From positions 13,670 to 77,669 of the forward strand of contig JACRAL010000093.1 in the NCBI GenBank assembly GCA_016213435.1: DNA of 64,000 nt, given 5' to 3'. Below, in pieces: positions 49,335-58,096 of the stretch. Both the position numbers and the translations under genes were made by a program. The first letter of the stretch is position 1, and the number at the start of each line of letters is the position of its first letter. Below the pieces are notes generated by a model. It worked only from the letters and a program-made list of their open reading frames with translations, ran no database searches and was not told the DNA's origin. Origin of the DNA: Bacteroidota bacterium. GTDB lineage: Bacteria; Bacteroidota; Bacteroidia; Palsa-948.

Positions 49335-50591
49335 ATGAAATCATCCCTGCTTACTTTTTTATTGCCCGCGTTTTTATTATTTATTTTCACTTCCGGAACA
49401 AGTTGCGGATCCGAGAAACAAAAGCAACAACAGGCAGAAGTAAAGATAGATTCTGTGAAGAAAGATTCCGTGAAAGTTGTTCCAAAACAAACAATTTCAT
49501 ACGATCGGAAATACAATGACATTGCGCGCTTCATTGCCGGCATCAATCAAACTCCGGGAAGCAGTTTAACAGGACTTGAAAAAAAAGAAAGCTGGCTGAA
49601 ATTTCAAAAATCAATCGACAGCAGTTGGAAAAAACTAGAAGCAAAACGCCTGAAGCCCATGCGCGACTGGGCGCAAACAGAACTGGCAGCGGCTAACTCC
49701 AGCGGCTCGGATGTTTTTTATCCCTTTGGCGGTCCTGATTTTCTGAACGTATTTACTTTTTTTCCTAACAGCCGTAACTACACCATTATCGGACTGGAAC
49801 CTCCCGGTGAGATTCCTTCTGATTTTACAAAAAATTCTGATCAGGAATTAGAAAAATATTTTGATGACGTTCACGTGTCACTGAGTACTATTTTTAAAGG
49901 AAATTATTTTATTACGAAACGAATGATCAACGAATTAAAATTCAGCGAACTTAAAGGAACTCTTCCCCTACTCCTTTTATTTGCCGAACGAACCGGAAAC
50001 ACCATCACTGACCTCAAGTATCTTTCAATGAATGCCGACAGCTCACTTTCCGAATTTCCATTAAATGTAAGTAATGAACAAAAAGAAAAAATATCCGGAG
50101 TAGATATTTCCTTTTTTACTGCAACCGATTCCTCCACCCTGCGCCATTGCTATTACTTTAGAGTGAATCTGCAAGACAATTATTTTAAAAATAATTTTGT
50201 TTATCAGCATTACCTCAATAACCAGACACCGGTTGTCACCTATCTTAAATCTGCGTCTTATCTTATGCACTACCCCACATTCTCAATGATTCGAAAAATA
50301 ATTTTGCACAATAGCGACTACCTTCTGCAAGATGATTCCGGAATTGCATTTAAGTATTTTGAGAAAAAAGTGTGGAATTTTAAATTCTATGGAAAATATA
50401 TTAAACCCACGCATGATTTCAGTTGGATCGAACAAAATGATCTTCAAGCTATCTATGCAACGGATACCACAATACGTCCTTTACCATTTGCACTTGGATA
50501 CAATTGGTACCGCGATGGAGTAAGCATGCTGCTTGCTGTAAAAAAGCAGATAAGTAGTGCTCAACCGGCAGCAGTAGAAAACAAGAAATGA
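49335..50591 (+). CDS. Hypothetical lipoprotein
   Basis: 418 aa with signal peptide and lipobox (FTSGTSC). Confidence 0.5.
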   Translation: MKSSLLTFLLPAFLLFIFTSGTSCGSEKQKQQQAEVKIDSVKKDSVKVVPKQTISYDRKYNDIARFIAGINQTPGSSLTGLEKKESWLKFQKSIDSSWKKLEAKRLKPMRDWAQTELAAANSSGSDVFYPFGGPDFLNVFTFFPNSRNYTIIGLEPPGEIPSDFTKNSDQELEKYFDDVHVSLSTIFKGNYFITKRMINELKFSELKGTLPLLLLFAERTGNTITDLKYLSMNADSSLSEFPLNVSNEQKEKISGVDISFFTATDSSTLRHCYYFRVNLQDNYFKNNFVYQHYLNNQTPVVTYLKSASYLMHYPTFSMIRKIILHNSDYLLQDDSGIAFKYFEKKVWNFKFYGKYIKPTHDFSWIEQNDLQAIYATDTTIRPLPFALGYNWYRDGVSMLLAVKKQISSAQPAAVENKK

Positions 50592-50776
50592 AAAAAATAT
50601 TAGACATATTAGTCCCTGTCCTTGCAATAGTACTTATTATACTTTTTTATGCTGTTATAATAGATATTTCTAATAGAGCACTAACTGTCGAAAAATCAAT
50701 ATTTGTGATTGCGGTTTTAATAATAAATTTTAGCTTATATCGTTTAAATAAAAAAATAAAAAAGAATGATCAGTAG
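50588..50776 (+). CDS. Small two-helix membrane protein
   Basis: 62 aa. Its start overlaps the upstream stop (ATGA) and its own 3' end overlaps the next gene by 11 nt. Confidence 0.35.
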   Translation: MKKILDILVPVLAIVLIILFYAVIIDISNRALTVEKSIFVIAVLIINFSLYRLNKKIKKNDQ

Positions 50777-52106
50777 TGTATCAATTGCTTCATTAAAAAA
50801 AGCTGTTGATATATCCTTAAGACATTACTCCATTGTTATTCTACTACTTTCTTTTTTCTCCTTTACTGATCTTTCATTTGCGCAAACCGTTCAGCCAAAG
50901 ACAGATGATTTGATCGAACGCATAATGAAGGCGCATCCGGAAAAATTTAAAAATATTCTAGAGTCCCCTCAGCAGTATCGTGTGCAAATTATTTACACGC
51001 AGATTAAACGCGATAAAAATAACCTCCCCCATTTCAGTCAACACACATATCATCTAAATAAGTACCATTATTTTTACCCTGCCAGTCTTGTTAAATTACC
51101 TGTGGCTGCTTTATCCCTTGAAAAAATAAACCGATTGAAAGCAGACTCTTTAAAATATTACCCGAAACTCTCTGCCTTATTCAAAGAAACAAGAATGAAG
51201 ATTGACAGCACATATTATTGTCAATCTGTTGTTGAAAAAGACAGCACCTCTGAGACAGGGTTTCCTTCCATCGCGCACTACATAAAAAAAATGATGCTGG
51301 TCAGCGATAACGATGCCTACACCCATCTTTACGAATTTTTAGGACAGGAATATGCAAACAATCGTTTATGGGAAAAAGGATACACGAGTGCCCGTATCAT
51401 TCACCGTCTCAAAATGTGCGATACCCTGCAGAACCGATACACCAATCCGATCCTTTTTCTGCATTCTGGCGGAGACACTATTTACAACCAGCGCATGCAG
51501 TATAATCCGCAACAATTAAAAAAATTTCTGGGAGTGGTAAAAGTCGGGAAGAAAAATATTGAAAATGGAAAATTAGTCGCCAAACCCAAAGAGTTTACCT
51601 ACAACAACTATTTATGCCTGCAGGATATTAACGATGTATTACTCTCCATCATGTTTCCTCAGGCAGCAATAGAAAAAAAACGGTTTCAGCTCATTACGGA
51701 TGATTATCATTTTCTTCGGAAATACATGTCAATGTACCCGACAGAATGCAATGCTCCGAAATACGACAGCGCAAATTATCATGACTGCTATAAAAAATAT
51801 CTTTTCTATGGAAATTCGAAAGATTCCATAACTGATAAGAACATCCGTATTTTTAATGTAGTGGGACAGTCGTATGGTTTTCTTTCGGATGTTGCATACA
51901 TAGCAGATTTTCAAAACAAGATCGAGTTTGCAATTTCGGCAGTGATCTATGTAAACAGCGATGGGATTCTCAATGATGGGAAATACGAGTACGATACCAT
52001 CGGCTTTCCTTTTTTAGCCAACCTCAGCAGAGCAATTTATGAATACGAAAAAAAGCGTAGCCGCTCTACTGTTCCTGATCTCAGTGAGTTTAAAATAGAT
52101 TATTAA
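50766..52106 (+). CDS. Serine hydrolase related to class A beta-lactamases
   Basis: 446 aa with SxxK (ASLVK) and SDN (VSDND) motifs. Confidence 0.5.
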   Translation: MISSVSIASLKKAVDISLRHYSIVILLLSFFSFTDLSFAQTVQPKTDDLIERIMKAHPEKFKNILESPQQYRVQIIYTQIKRDKNNLPHFSQHTYHLNKYHYFYPASLVKLPVAALSLEKINRLKADSLKYYPKLSALFKETRMKIDSTYYCQSVVEKDSTSETGFPSIAHYIKKMMLVSDNDAYTHLYEFLGQEYANNRLWEKGYTSARIIHRLKMCDTLQNRYTNPILFLHSGGDTIYNQRMQYNPQQLKKFLGVVKVGKKNIENGKLVAKPKEFTYNNYLCLQDINDVLLSIMFPQAAIEKKRFQLITDDYHFLRKYMSMYPTECNAPKYDSANYHDCYKKYLFYGNSKDSITDKNIRIFNVVGQSYGFLSDVAYIADFQNKIEFAISAVIYVNSDGILNDGKYEYDTIGFPFLANLSRAIYEYEKKRSRSTVPDLSEFKIDY

Positions 52107-52296
52107 TCGTTTGATTACTTTTTTTTACCGCTAAGGCGCCAAGACGCTAAGTGCAGATGAATTCTTTGTGTTTGCTTTGCGACTTCGCGGTTATGGCTGT
52201 GTATTTTTCCGAACACTATTATTATTTCTCTTCGGAAAATTCCTACATTTGTTTTGTTCGTAATTCGTATATTCGTAATCAATTCGTTATTCGCTG

Positions 52297-52635
52297 ATGC
52301 CTCCCTACAAAGAAAAAGAACCCGAAAAAATTTTCTACACCATCGGTGAGGTGGCGAAGATCTTTAAAGTGAATACTTCGCTTGTACGCTTTTGGGAAAA
52401 AGAATTTGATATCCTAAAGCCAAAAAAAAATAAAAAGGGCAACCGCCTGTTTACCAAACAGGACTTAGATAATCTCCACATCATTTACCACCTCGTAAAA
52501 GAGCGCGGCTTTAAGTTGGATGGCGCCAAGAAAAAACTCAAGCAAAGCCACGATGAAGTGGTGAATTCTCTTGAAATGGTAAAGGCGCTGAAAAATATCA
52601 GGAGCTTTTTGGTGGAGATGAAGGAATCACTCTGA
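52297..52635 (+). CDS. MerR-family transcriptional regulator
   Basis: 112 aa with an N-terminal HTH (IGEVAKIFKVNTSLVRFWEKEF). Confidence 0.8.
   Translation: MPPYKEKEPEKIFYTIGEVAKIFKVNTSLVRFWEKEFDILKPKKNKKGNRLFTKQDLDNLHIIYHLVKERGFKLDGAKKKLKQSHDEVVNSLEMVKALKNIRSFLVEMKESL
52564..52635. repeat. 72-bp direct repeat, copy 1 (3' end of merR)
   Basis: Copy 2 lies at about 53240..53312 with 9 mismatches. Both encode NS(L/V)EMVKALKNI(R/K)SFLVEMKESL followed by a stop. Confidence 0.8.
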
Positions 52636-52640
52636 TTGCT

Positions 52641-53240
52641 TTACAGTATTGTCGTTATAATTGTCTTGTCCGCCTTAGCTTGTTTATATTCTTCGTTCAT
52701 TTCTGAAGTCATATTTGGACCATAATAAATTCCTTTTGATTGAATAAAACCGTCATAAATGATTTTGTCCTTGAACGGGATAATTGCCGTATGGCATAAT
52801 GCCGGAAAGCGAGAAAAAAATTCATCAAATCTGTCTCCCAATGCTTTTACTGCATATATTTTATTGTCTGCTGTGTCAATAAAAACTGCATGTCTAGCAA
52901 GACATTTAAAAATCACGAAATTGCTTTTTATTTTCTTTTTGAATCCTTCAAGGATTTTAATTTGATCAAGCGTCAAAGAGTCAACCCTGCTTTTAAGATA
53001 CTCTTCCAATAGCTCCATATTTTCAAATAATTTTTCCCGACATTTAAATTTGATTTGAGTACCAAGTTTAATGAACTTATTAACATCTGTACCTGCAGGA
53101 ATAATTTTTTCATTTTGTCCGACAAAATATAAGAGAGCAAGATGTGTTTTTAAGAATTCCTGATATTCATCTCTGTCAAGTGTCATTATTGGTATCTGAA
53201 AAGTGTAAAAACAAATATAGAAAAATTGACGGGATAGCAA
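52641..53240 (-). CDS. Hypothetical protein carried on an insertion
   Basis: 199-aa ORF; the likely start is MTLDRDEY. Flanked by the 72-bp direct repeats. Confidence 0.5.
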   Translation of the reverse strand: MLSRQFFYICFYTFQIPIMTLDRDEYQEFLKTHLALLYFVGQNEKIIPAGTDVNKFIKLGTQIKFKCREKLFENMELLEEYLKSRVDSLTLDQIKILEGFKKKIKSNFVIFKCLARHAVFIDTADNKIYAVKALGDRFDEFFSRFPALCHTAIIPFKDKIIYDGFIQSKGIYYGPNMTSEMNEEYKQAKADKTIITTIL

Positions 53241-53312
53241 ATTCTGTTGAGATGGTAAAGGCGCTGAAGAATATCAAGAGTTTTTTGGTGGAGATGAAGG
53301 AGTCGCTCTGAT
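53240..53312. repeat. 72-bp direct repeat, copy 2 (orphan merR 3' end)
   Basis: See 52564..52635. Coordinates here are uncertain by about 1 nt. Confidence 0.75.
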
Positions 53313-53367
53313 TGTTTGCTAAATTAGTTTAAATGATTTTCTTGCCGATTTAACTATCGAAGAATTT

Positions 53368-53604
53368 TCATGACGCAAAACGTTTTTCTAATTCGATTTT
53401 TAGCTCTTTCATCATATCTCCAAAAACCAAGCAATCTTTATGAAATTTCCTTTCATAAAAAGTACCTTCATCACTTATCCAATAGCATAGTACATTTTCT
53501 CCTTTAATTTCCCTAACAAGCATTTTTGCACCTCCAGATGAAAGTTTGACTTCTTCATTAGGCAAGAAATTTCTATCGGTTGATTTTAATTTTGAATTTT
53601 CCAT
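53368..53604 (-). CDS. DUF2158 (YodC-like) small protein
   Basis: 78 aa with the KLSSGGAKMLV...CYW pattern typical of YodC-like proteins. Confidence 0.5.
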   Translation of the reverse strand: MENSKLKSTDRNFLPNEEVKLSSGGAKMLVREIKGENVLCYWISDEGTFYERKFHKDCLVFGDMMKELKIELEKRFAS

Positions 53605-53636
53605 TTTAATTATGATTTAACATTTAGTGCAACGTA

Positions 53637-55130
53637 TTACAAATCCTCCTCAATATCATTCATCTTAGAACCGCGGATGATGCTGTTACCTCCACCCAAA
53701 TCAGATTCCGAGAATGCGATGGTAGAACCGGAAGGTTCTACAAATTTTGCAAACTGGCTGATGAACAACAGATTTTCAGAACCCACACGTCCGTTACGAT
53801 GCTTTGCAATAATGATTTCGGCAAGTCCTTCGGTGGAATTTCCATTTTCATCCTGGGTAATTCCCGCCATGTCCGCACGGTAAATGAACATAACCAAGTC
53901 AGCATCCTGCTCAATAGCTCCCGATTCACGCAGATCGGATAACTGAGGGCGCTTGCTTCCTCCACGCTGCTCCACCGCACGGCTCATTTGGGAAAGTGCG
54001 ATAATGGGAACGTCTAATTCTTTTGCAATCGCTTTCAGCGAACGGGAAATGTTGCTCACTTCCTGCTCGCGCGAAAATTTTCCTTCCTGCCCCGAAACCA
54101 TCAGCTGGAGATAATCCACTATGAGTAATGAAATATTATGCTGTGCTTTCAACCGCCTTGCCTTGGCGCGGAATTCAAAAATTGAAAGTGCGGGAGTATC
54201 GTCAATATATATAGGAGCCGTGGTTAGTTTTCCTATTTTGGCATTCAACTGATGAAACTCATCATCGCGTAATTCGCCTTTTCTTAATTTATCGGCAGGC
54301 AGTTCCGTTTCTGCGGCAACCAAACGACTCACTAACTGAACAGAAGTCATCTCAAGCGAGAAGATCGCAACGCCTTTATCATGATCCACCGCAGCATTTC
54401 GCGCAACGCTTCCTATAAACGCAGACTTACCTGTACCGGGACGAGCAGCAAGAATAATAAGGTCGGATTTTTGCCAGCCACCTGTGATCGCATCCAAACG
54501 CGTGAAACCGCTTGGCACTCCGCCAAATTTCTGATCGCGCGCTGCTTCGATCTGCTGGATGGTTTGCCCAAGGATCGGACGAATGTGTTCGAAGTCCCTG
54601 CGGATATTTGTTTGACTGATGGAAAATAAATTCTGTTCGGCTCTGTTCAGCAATTCAAAAACATCGGAAGTGTCTTCATATGCATGCTGAAGCGTGTCGG
54701 TAGAAATTCGGATAAGTTCGCGCTGAAGATATTTTTCAAGAACAATGCGCCCGTGCATTTCCACGTTTGCTGCAGAAGCAACACGGTTGGTCAATTGCGT
54801 AATGTAATATGCACCTCCGGCAATTTCCAGTTCACCTGTTTTTTTCAGTTCCTGAGTGACAGTGAGAATGTCTACCGGTTCGGATTTAGCAAACAAACTT
54901 TGTATGGCAGTAAATATATGCTTGTGCGCATCTTTATAAAACGCTTCAGGAGTTAACATGGCAACCACGTTGGTGAGCGCATCTTTATCAAGCATGAGCG
55001 CGCCAAGTACGGCTTCTTCCAGATCCACTGCCTGCGGAGGAAGTTTACCAAGTTCAAGTAATTGTGCAGGAGTTATAGTGGTCCTAGTTCTTTTGCGAGT
55101 GTCTTTGTTGTCTTTTGAGCGCGAGTCCAT
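53637..55130 (-). CDS. dnaB: Replicative DNA helicase
   Basis: 497 aa with Walker A (ARPGTGKS), RecA-like motifs, and an N-terminal DnaB domain. Confidence 0.95.
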   Translation of the reverse strand: MDSRSKDNKDTRKRTRTTITPAQLLELGKLPPQAVDLEEAVLGALMLDKDALTNVVAMLTPEAFYKDAHKHIFTAIQSLFAKSEPVDILTVTQELKKTGELEIAGGAYYITQLTNRVASAANVEMHGRIVLEKYLQRELIRISTDTLQHAYEDTSDVFELLNRAEQNLFSISQTNIRRDFEHIRPILGQTIQQIEAARDQKFGGVPSGFTRLDAITGGWQKSDLIILAARPGTGKSAFIGSVARNAAVDHDKGVAIFSLEMTSVQLVSRLVAAETELPADKLRKGELRDDEFHQLNAKIGKLTTAPIYIDDTPALSIFEFRAKARRLKAQHNISLLIVDYLQLMVSGQEGKFSREQEVSNISRSLKAIAKELDVPIIALSQMSRAVEQRGGSKRPQLSDLRESGAIEQDADLVMFIYRADMAGITQDENGNSTEGLAEIIIAKHRNGRVGSENLLFISQFAKFVEPSGSTIAFSESDLGGGNSIIRGSKMNDIEEDL

Positions 55131-55330
55131 AGAGCGAATGACAGATTACGTATTATGAATAAAATTTTAATTGTAGCACAAAGATAAATAAATCGTTTCG
55201 ACAATCCAAAGAAGATTCTACCACTAACTAACACCAATTAACACATAACCAACATACATTAAAGATAAATTTTTTCTCAAGTTGACACGAAACTGCTTAT
55301 GTTTGCTATGAAAAATAAAATCTTCATTTC

Positions 55331-56725
55331 GTGAAAGAAAAATTTGTCAACATCCTTGCATTGTTCATGATTTTTTATATGCAAGCGCCCGGCAACTCAA
55401 ACGGCAATTCATGCTTTGCTCAAACTTCGGATAAAAATATTACTTTTTACGGGCAACTCCGGCAAAGTGACAAGCGGCCGCTTCGTTCCTCCACTGTATT
55501 ATTACTGCAATACAATCCGGATACAAAATCGGTTTCAGTCGTTGACTCCGCTACTACTGATTTTGGCGGTGACTATCGGTTTAATAAGACGCAACCGTTT
55601 AACAAAACTCAGCAGTATTATATTCTTGCTTTACCAAATGAATCGTATGATTACGAATTTCCTACATACTATGGTACTTCACTTTTTCTTGAAAAAGCTA
55701 CCCCTCTTACTGTTCTGAATCCGGGAGAAGAAATAGAAATCAATTTCACTACAATTAAAAAGAAGTCTTCTTCAGGTCGGGGAGCTATTGGCGGGCACAT
55801 TACTACCAATGGCGCTCCTGTTCCGAGTTTACGCGTATTCCTTTTTAGTCAGAATAATAATCCTGCTGCATTTGAATCTACAGATTCCTCAGGTTATTTC
55901 AAGTTCAATAAGATTTCGTATGGCATTTATTTTTTATGGATTGATTTTCCGGGAGTGGATAATTCTGTTCCCGATAAAGTGACTATTCATTCGCTTAACC
56001 CCGTAAAAGACAGTTTGAATTTCCGTATAGAAGAAAGTAATCTGATTTGGACTGATAACGCATATACAAGCATTAAAGATGCACTCCTCATTAAAACGCA
56101 TGTGTACTATCTTCAATTAAATAGTTTGCAGTATAATGTCATGGAGCAGAGTTTGATTATCCGAACTGATGGTTCTGTTACTTTAAAGCCGGCAATTGGA
56201 GAATTAACAAATCTGGAAACTTTGGAAATTGCAATCAATCAAATCACCACTCTTCCTGCTGAAATCGGCAAGTTGACCAAGTTAACCTTACTGAATGCCT
56301 CTTTGAATAAACTCAGCACACTGCCTCCTACAATAGAAAATCTGAAAAATCTGGAAGTGCTCGATCTTGGGAAAAATAATTTTAAGAAATTTCCGGAAGT
56401 AATCTGCAAACTTTCTTCATTGGAAGTTTTATCCCTGCAGAATAATCCATTCGATTCATTGCCCGGTTCAATCAGCAATCTGAAGAATTTAAAAAGCCTT
56501 TCACTTGAAAATAATTTTGAACTACTGGAACTTCCTCCGCAGATTGGAAAACTACATGATCTTGAAACGTTAAAGCTTTCCAACTGCACGAAATTAAGAT
56601 CACTTCCAAAGGAATTAAATAATCTGAAAAATCTGAAAATGCTTGATATTACAGGAACAAAACTTAACGCAAAAGATTTCCAGAAAGCAGTTCCCGAATG
56701 CGAAGTGAGGGATGGGAAGAAATAG
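55331..56725 (+). CDS. Leucine-rich-repeat protein with an N-terminal beta-sandwich region
   Basis: 464 aa. The C-terminal half is made of LxxLxxLxLxxN repeats. Confidence 0.7.
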   Translation: MKEKFVNILALFMIFYMQAPGNSNGNSCFAQTSDKNITFYGQLRQSDKRPLRSSTVLLLQYNPDTKSVSVVDSATTDFGGDYRFNKTQPFNKTQQYYILALPNESYDYEFPTYYGTSLFLEKATPLTVLNPGEEIEINFTTIKKKSSSGRGAIGGHITTNGAPVPSLRVFLFSQNNNPAAFESTDSSGYFKFNKISYGIYFLWIDFPGVDNSVPDKVTIHSLNPVKDSLNFRIEESNLIWTDNAYTSIKDALLIKTHVYYLQLNSLQYNVMEQSLIIRTDGSVTLKPAIGELTNLETLEIAINQITTLPAEIGKLTKLTLLNASLNKLSTLPPTIENLKNLEVLDLGKNNFKKFPEVICKLSSLEVLSLQNNPFDSLPGSISNLKNLKSLSLENNFELLELPPQIGKLHDLETLKLSNCTKLRSLPKELNNLKNLKMLDITGTKLNAKDFQKAVPECEVRDGKK

Positions 56726-56773
56726 AGCAACCCCACCCCGAAAGAGAAGTTGGGAGGGGCTGAAATAACTATA

Positions 56774-58063
56774 TCAAATAGATTGCGCTCCTAAAAACAG
56801 AACTGGATTTTCTAAAAGTGTTTTTAGTGTCTGTAAAAAATCTGCGCCTGTTACTCCATCCACCACACGGTGATCGCAGGAAAGCGTAACTTTCATTACT
56901 ACGCCCGGAACAATTTTCCCGTCTTTCACCACAGGAGTTTCTGTAATTCCTCCGACTGCAAGAATGCAAGCATCGGGAGGATTGATAATGGCTGTAAACT
57001 CTTCAATACCATACATGCCCAAATTGGAAATTGTAAATGTGTTTCCTTCCCAGTCTTTTGGCTGAAGTTTTTTCTCTTTAGCTTTCTTGGAGAACTCTTT
57101 TACTTCTCCTGCAATCTGAGAAAGCGTTTTGCCATCGGCAAATTTTATTACAGGTACAAGCAAACCTTCTTCTACGGCTACCGCAATTCCGATATGAATA
57201 TGATTATTGCGTCTGATAACATCTCCCATCCAGGATGAATTCACCTTCGGATGTTCGCGCAGCGCGGAACTAACCGCTTTAATTACAAGATCGTTATACG
57301 ATATCTTCACAGAAGAAACTTCGTTGATGGTCTCTCGCACTTTTACTAACTCTTCCACACTGATCTCCATGGTGAGATAAAAATGCGGTGAAGTAAATTT
57401 ACTTTCGCTCAATCGTTTTGCAATGGTCTTGCGCATTTGAGAAACAGGCTCATCGGTAAAACTTTCTTTGCCCTCCCCCTTGCCTCCTCCAGAGGGGGAA
57501 ACTGAGAAGTGCAAATAATTTTCTATGTCTTTCCTCACCACTCTTCCGCCTTCACCACTTCCTCCAATCAAAGAGATTTTCAAATTTCTGTCCTTGGCAA
57601 GTTTTTTTGCAAGAGGAGATGCTTTGATGAAACCGGGTGCTGGATGCTGGATGTTGGATGTTGAAACAACCTGTTCACCTTGCATTACCTTCTGGTTTTT
57701 GACTTCTGACTTTTGACTTTCTTTTTGGGGTTCAGTTTTTTTTATTTCTTCCTTTTTGCCAACTGCCGTTTGCACACTGCCGACTTTTTTCTTTTCTTCT
57801 TCCAATATTTTTGCAACATTCTCGCCTTCTTTTCCAATAATAGCAAGAACCGAATCAACCGGTGCAGATTTTTTATCCGGAGTTCCTATGTAAAGCAGTA
57901 CGCCATCGTAAAAACTTTCAAACTCCATGGTGGCTTTGTCGCTGTCGATCTCCGCAAGAATATCTCCAGACTTTACTTTATCGCCAACTTTTTTTAGCCA
58001 CCTCGATACGGTTCCTTCCGTCATCGTGTCGCTGAGTTTGGGCATTCTAACTATTTCGGCCAT
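56774..58063 (-). CDS. 2-oxoacid dehydrogenase E2 component (dihydrolipoamide acyltransferase)
   Basis: Lipoyl domain (AEIDSDKATMEF) and catalytic DHRVVDG. Contains a palindromic element at 57471-57500. Confidence 0.85.
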   Translation of the reverse strand: MAEIVRMPKLSDTMTEGTVSRWLKKVGDKVKSGDILAEIDSDKATMEFESFYDGVLLYIGTPDKKSAPVDSVLAIIGKEGENVAKILEEEKKKVGSVQTAVGKKEEIKKTEPQKESQKSEVKNQKVMQGEQVVSTSNIQHPAPGFIKASPLAKKLAKDRNLKISLIGGSGEGGRVVRKDIENYLHFSVSPSGGGKGEGKESFTDEPVSQMRKTIAKRLSESKFTSPHFYLTMEISVEELVKVRETINEVSSVKISYNDLVIKAVSSALREHPKVNSSWMGDVIRRNNHIHIGIAVAVEEGLLVPVIKFADGKTLSQIAGEVKEFSKKAKEKKLQPKDWEGNTFTISNLGMYGIEEFTAIINPPDACILAVGGITETPVVKDGKIVPGVVMKVTLSCDHRVVDGVTGADFLQTLKTLLENPVLFLGAQSI

Positions 58064-58096
58064 GGGGGAATAAAAATTAAATTATGTATTGACTTA

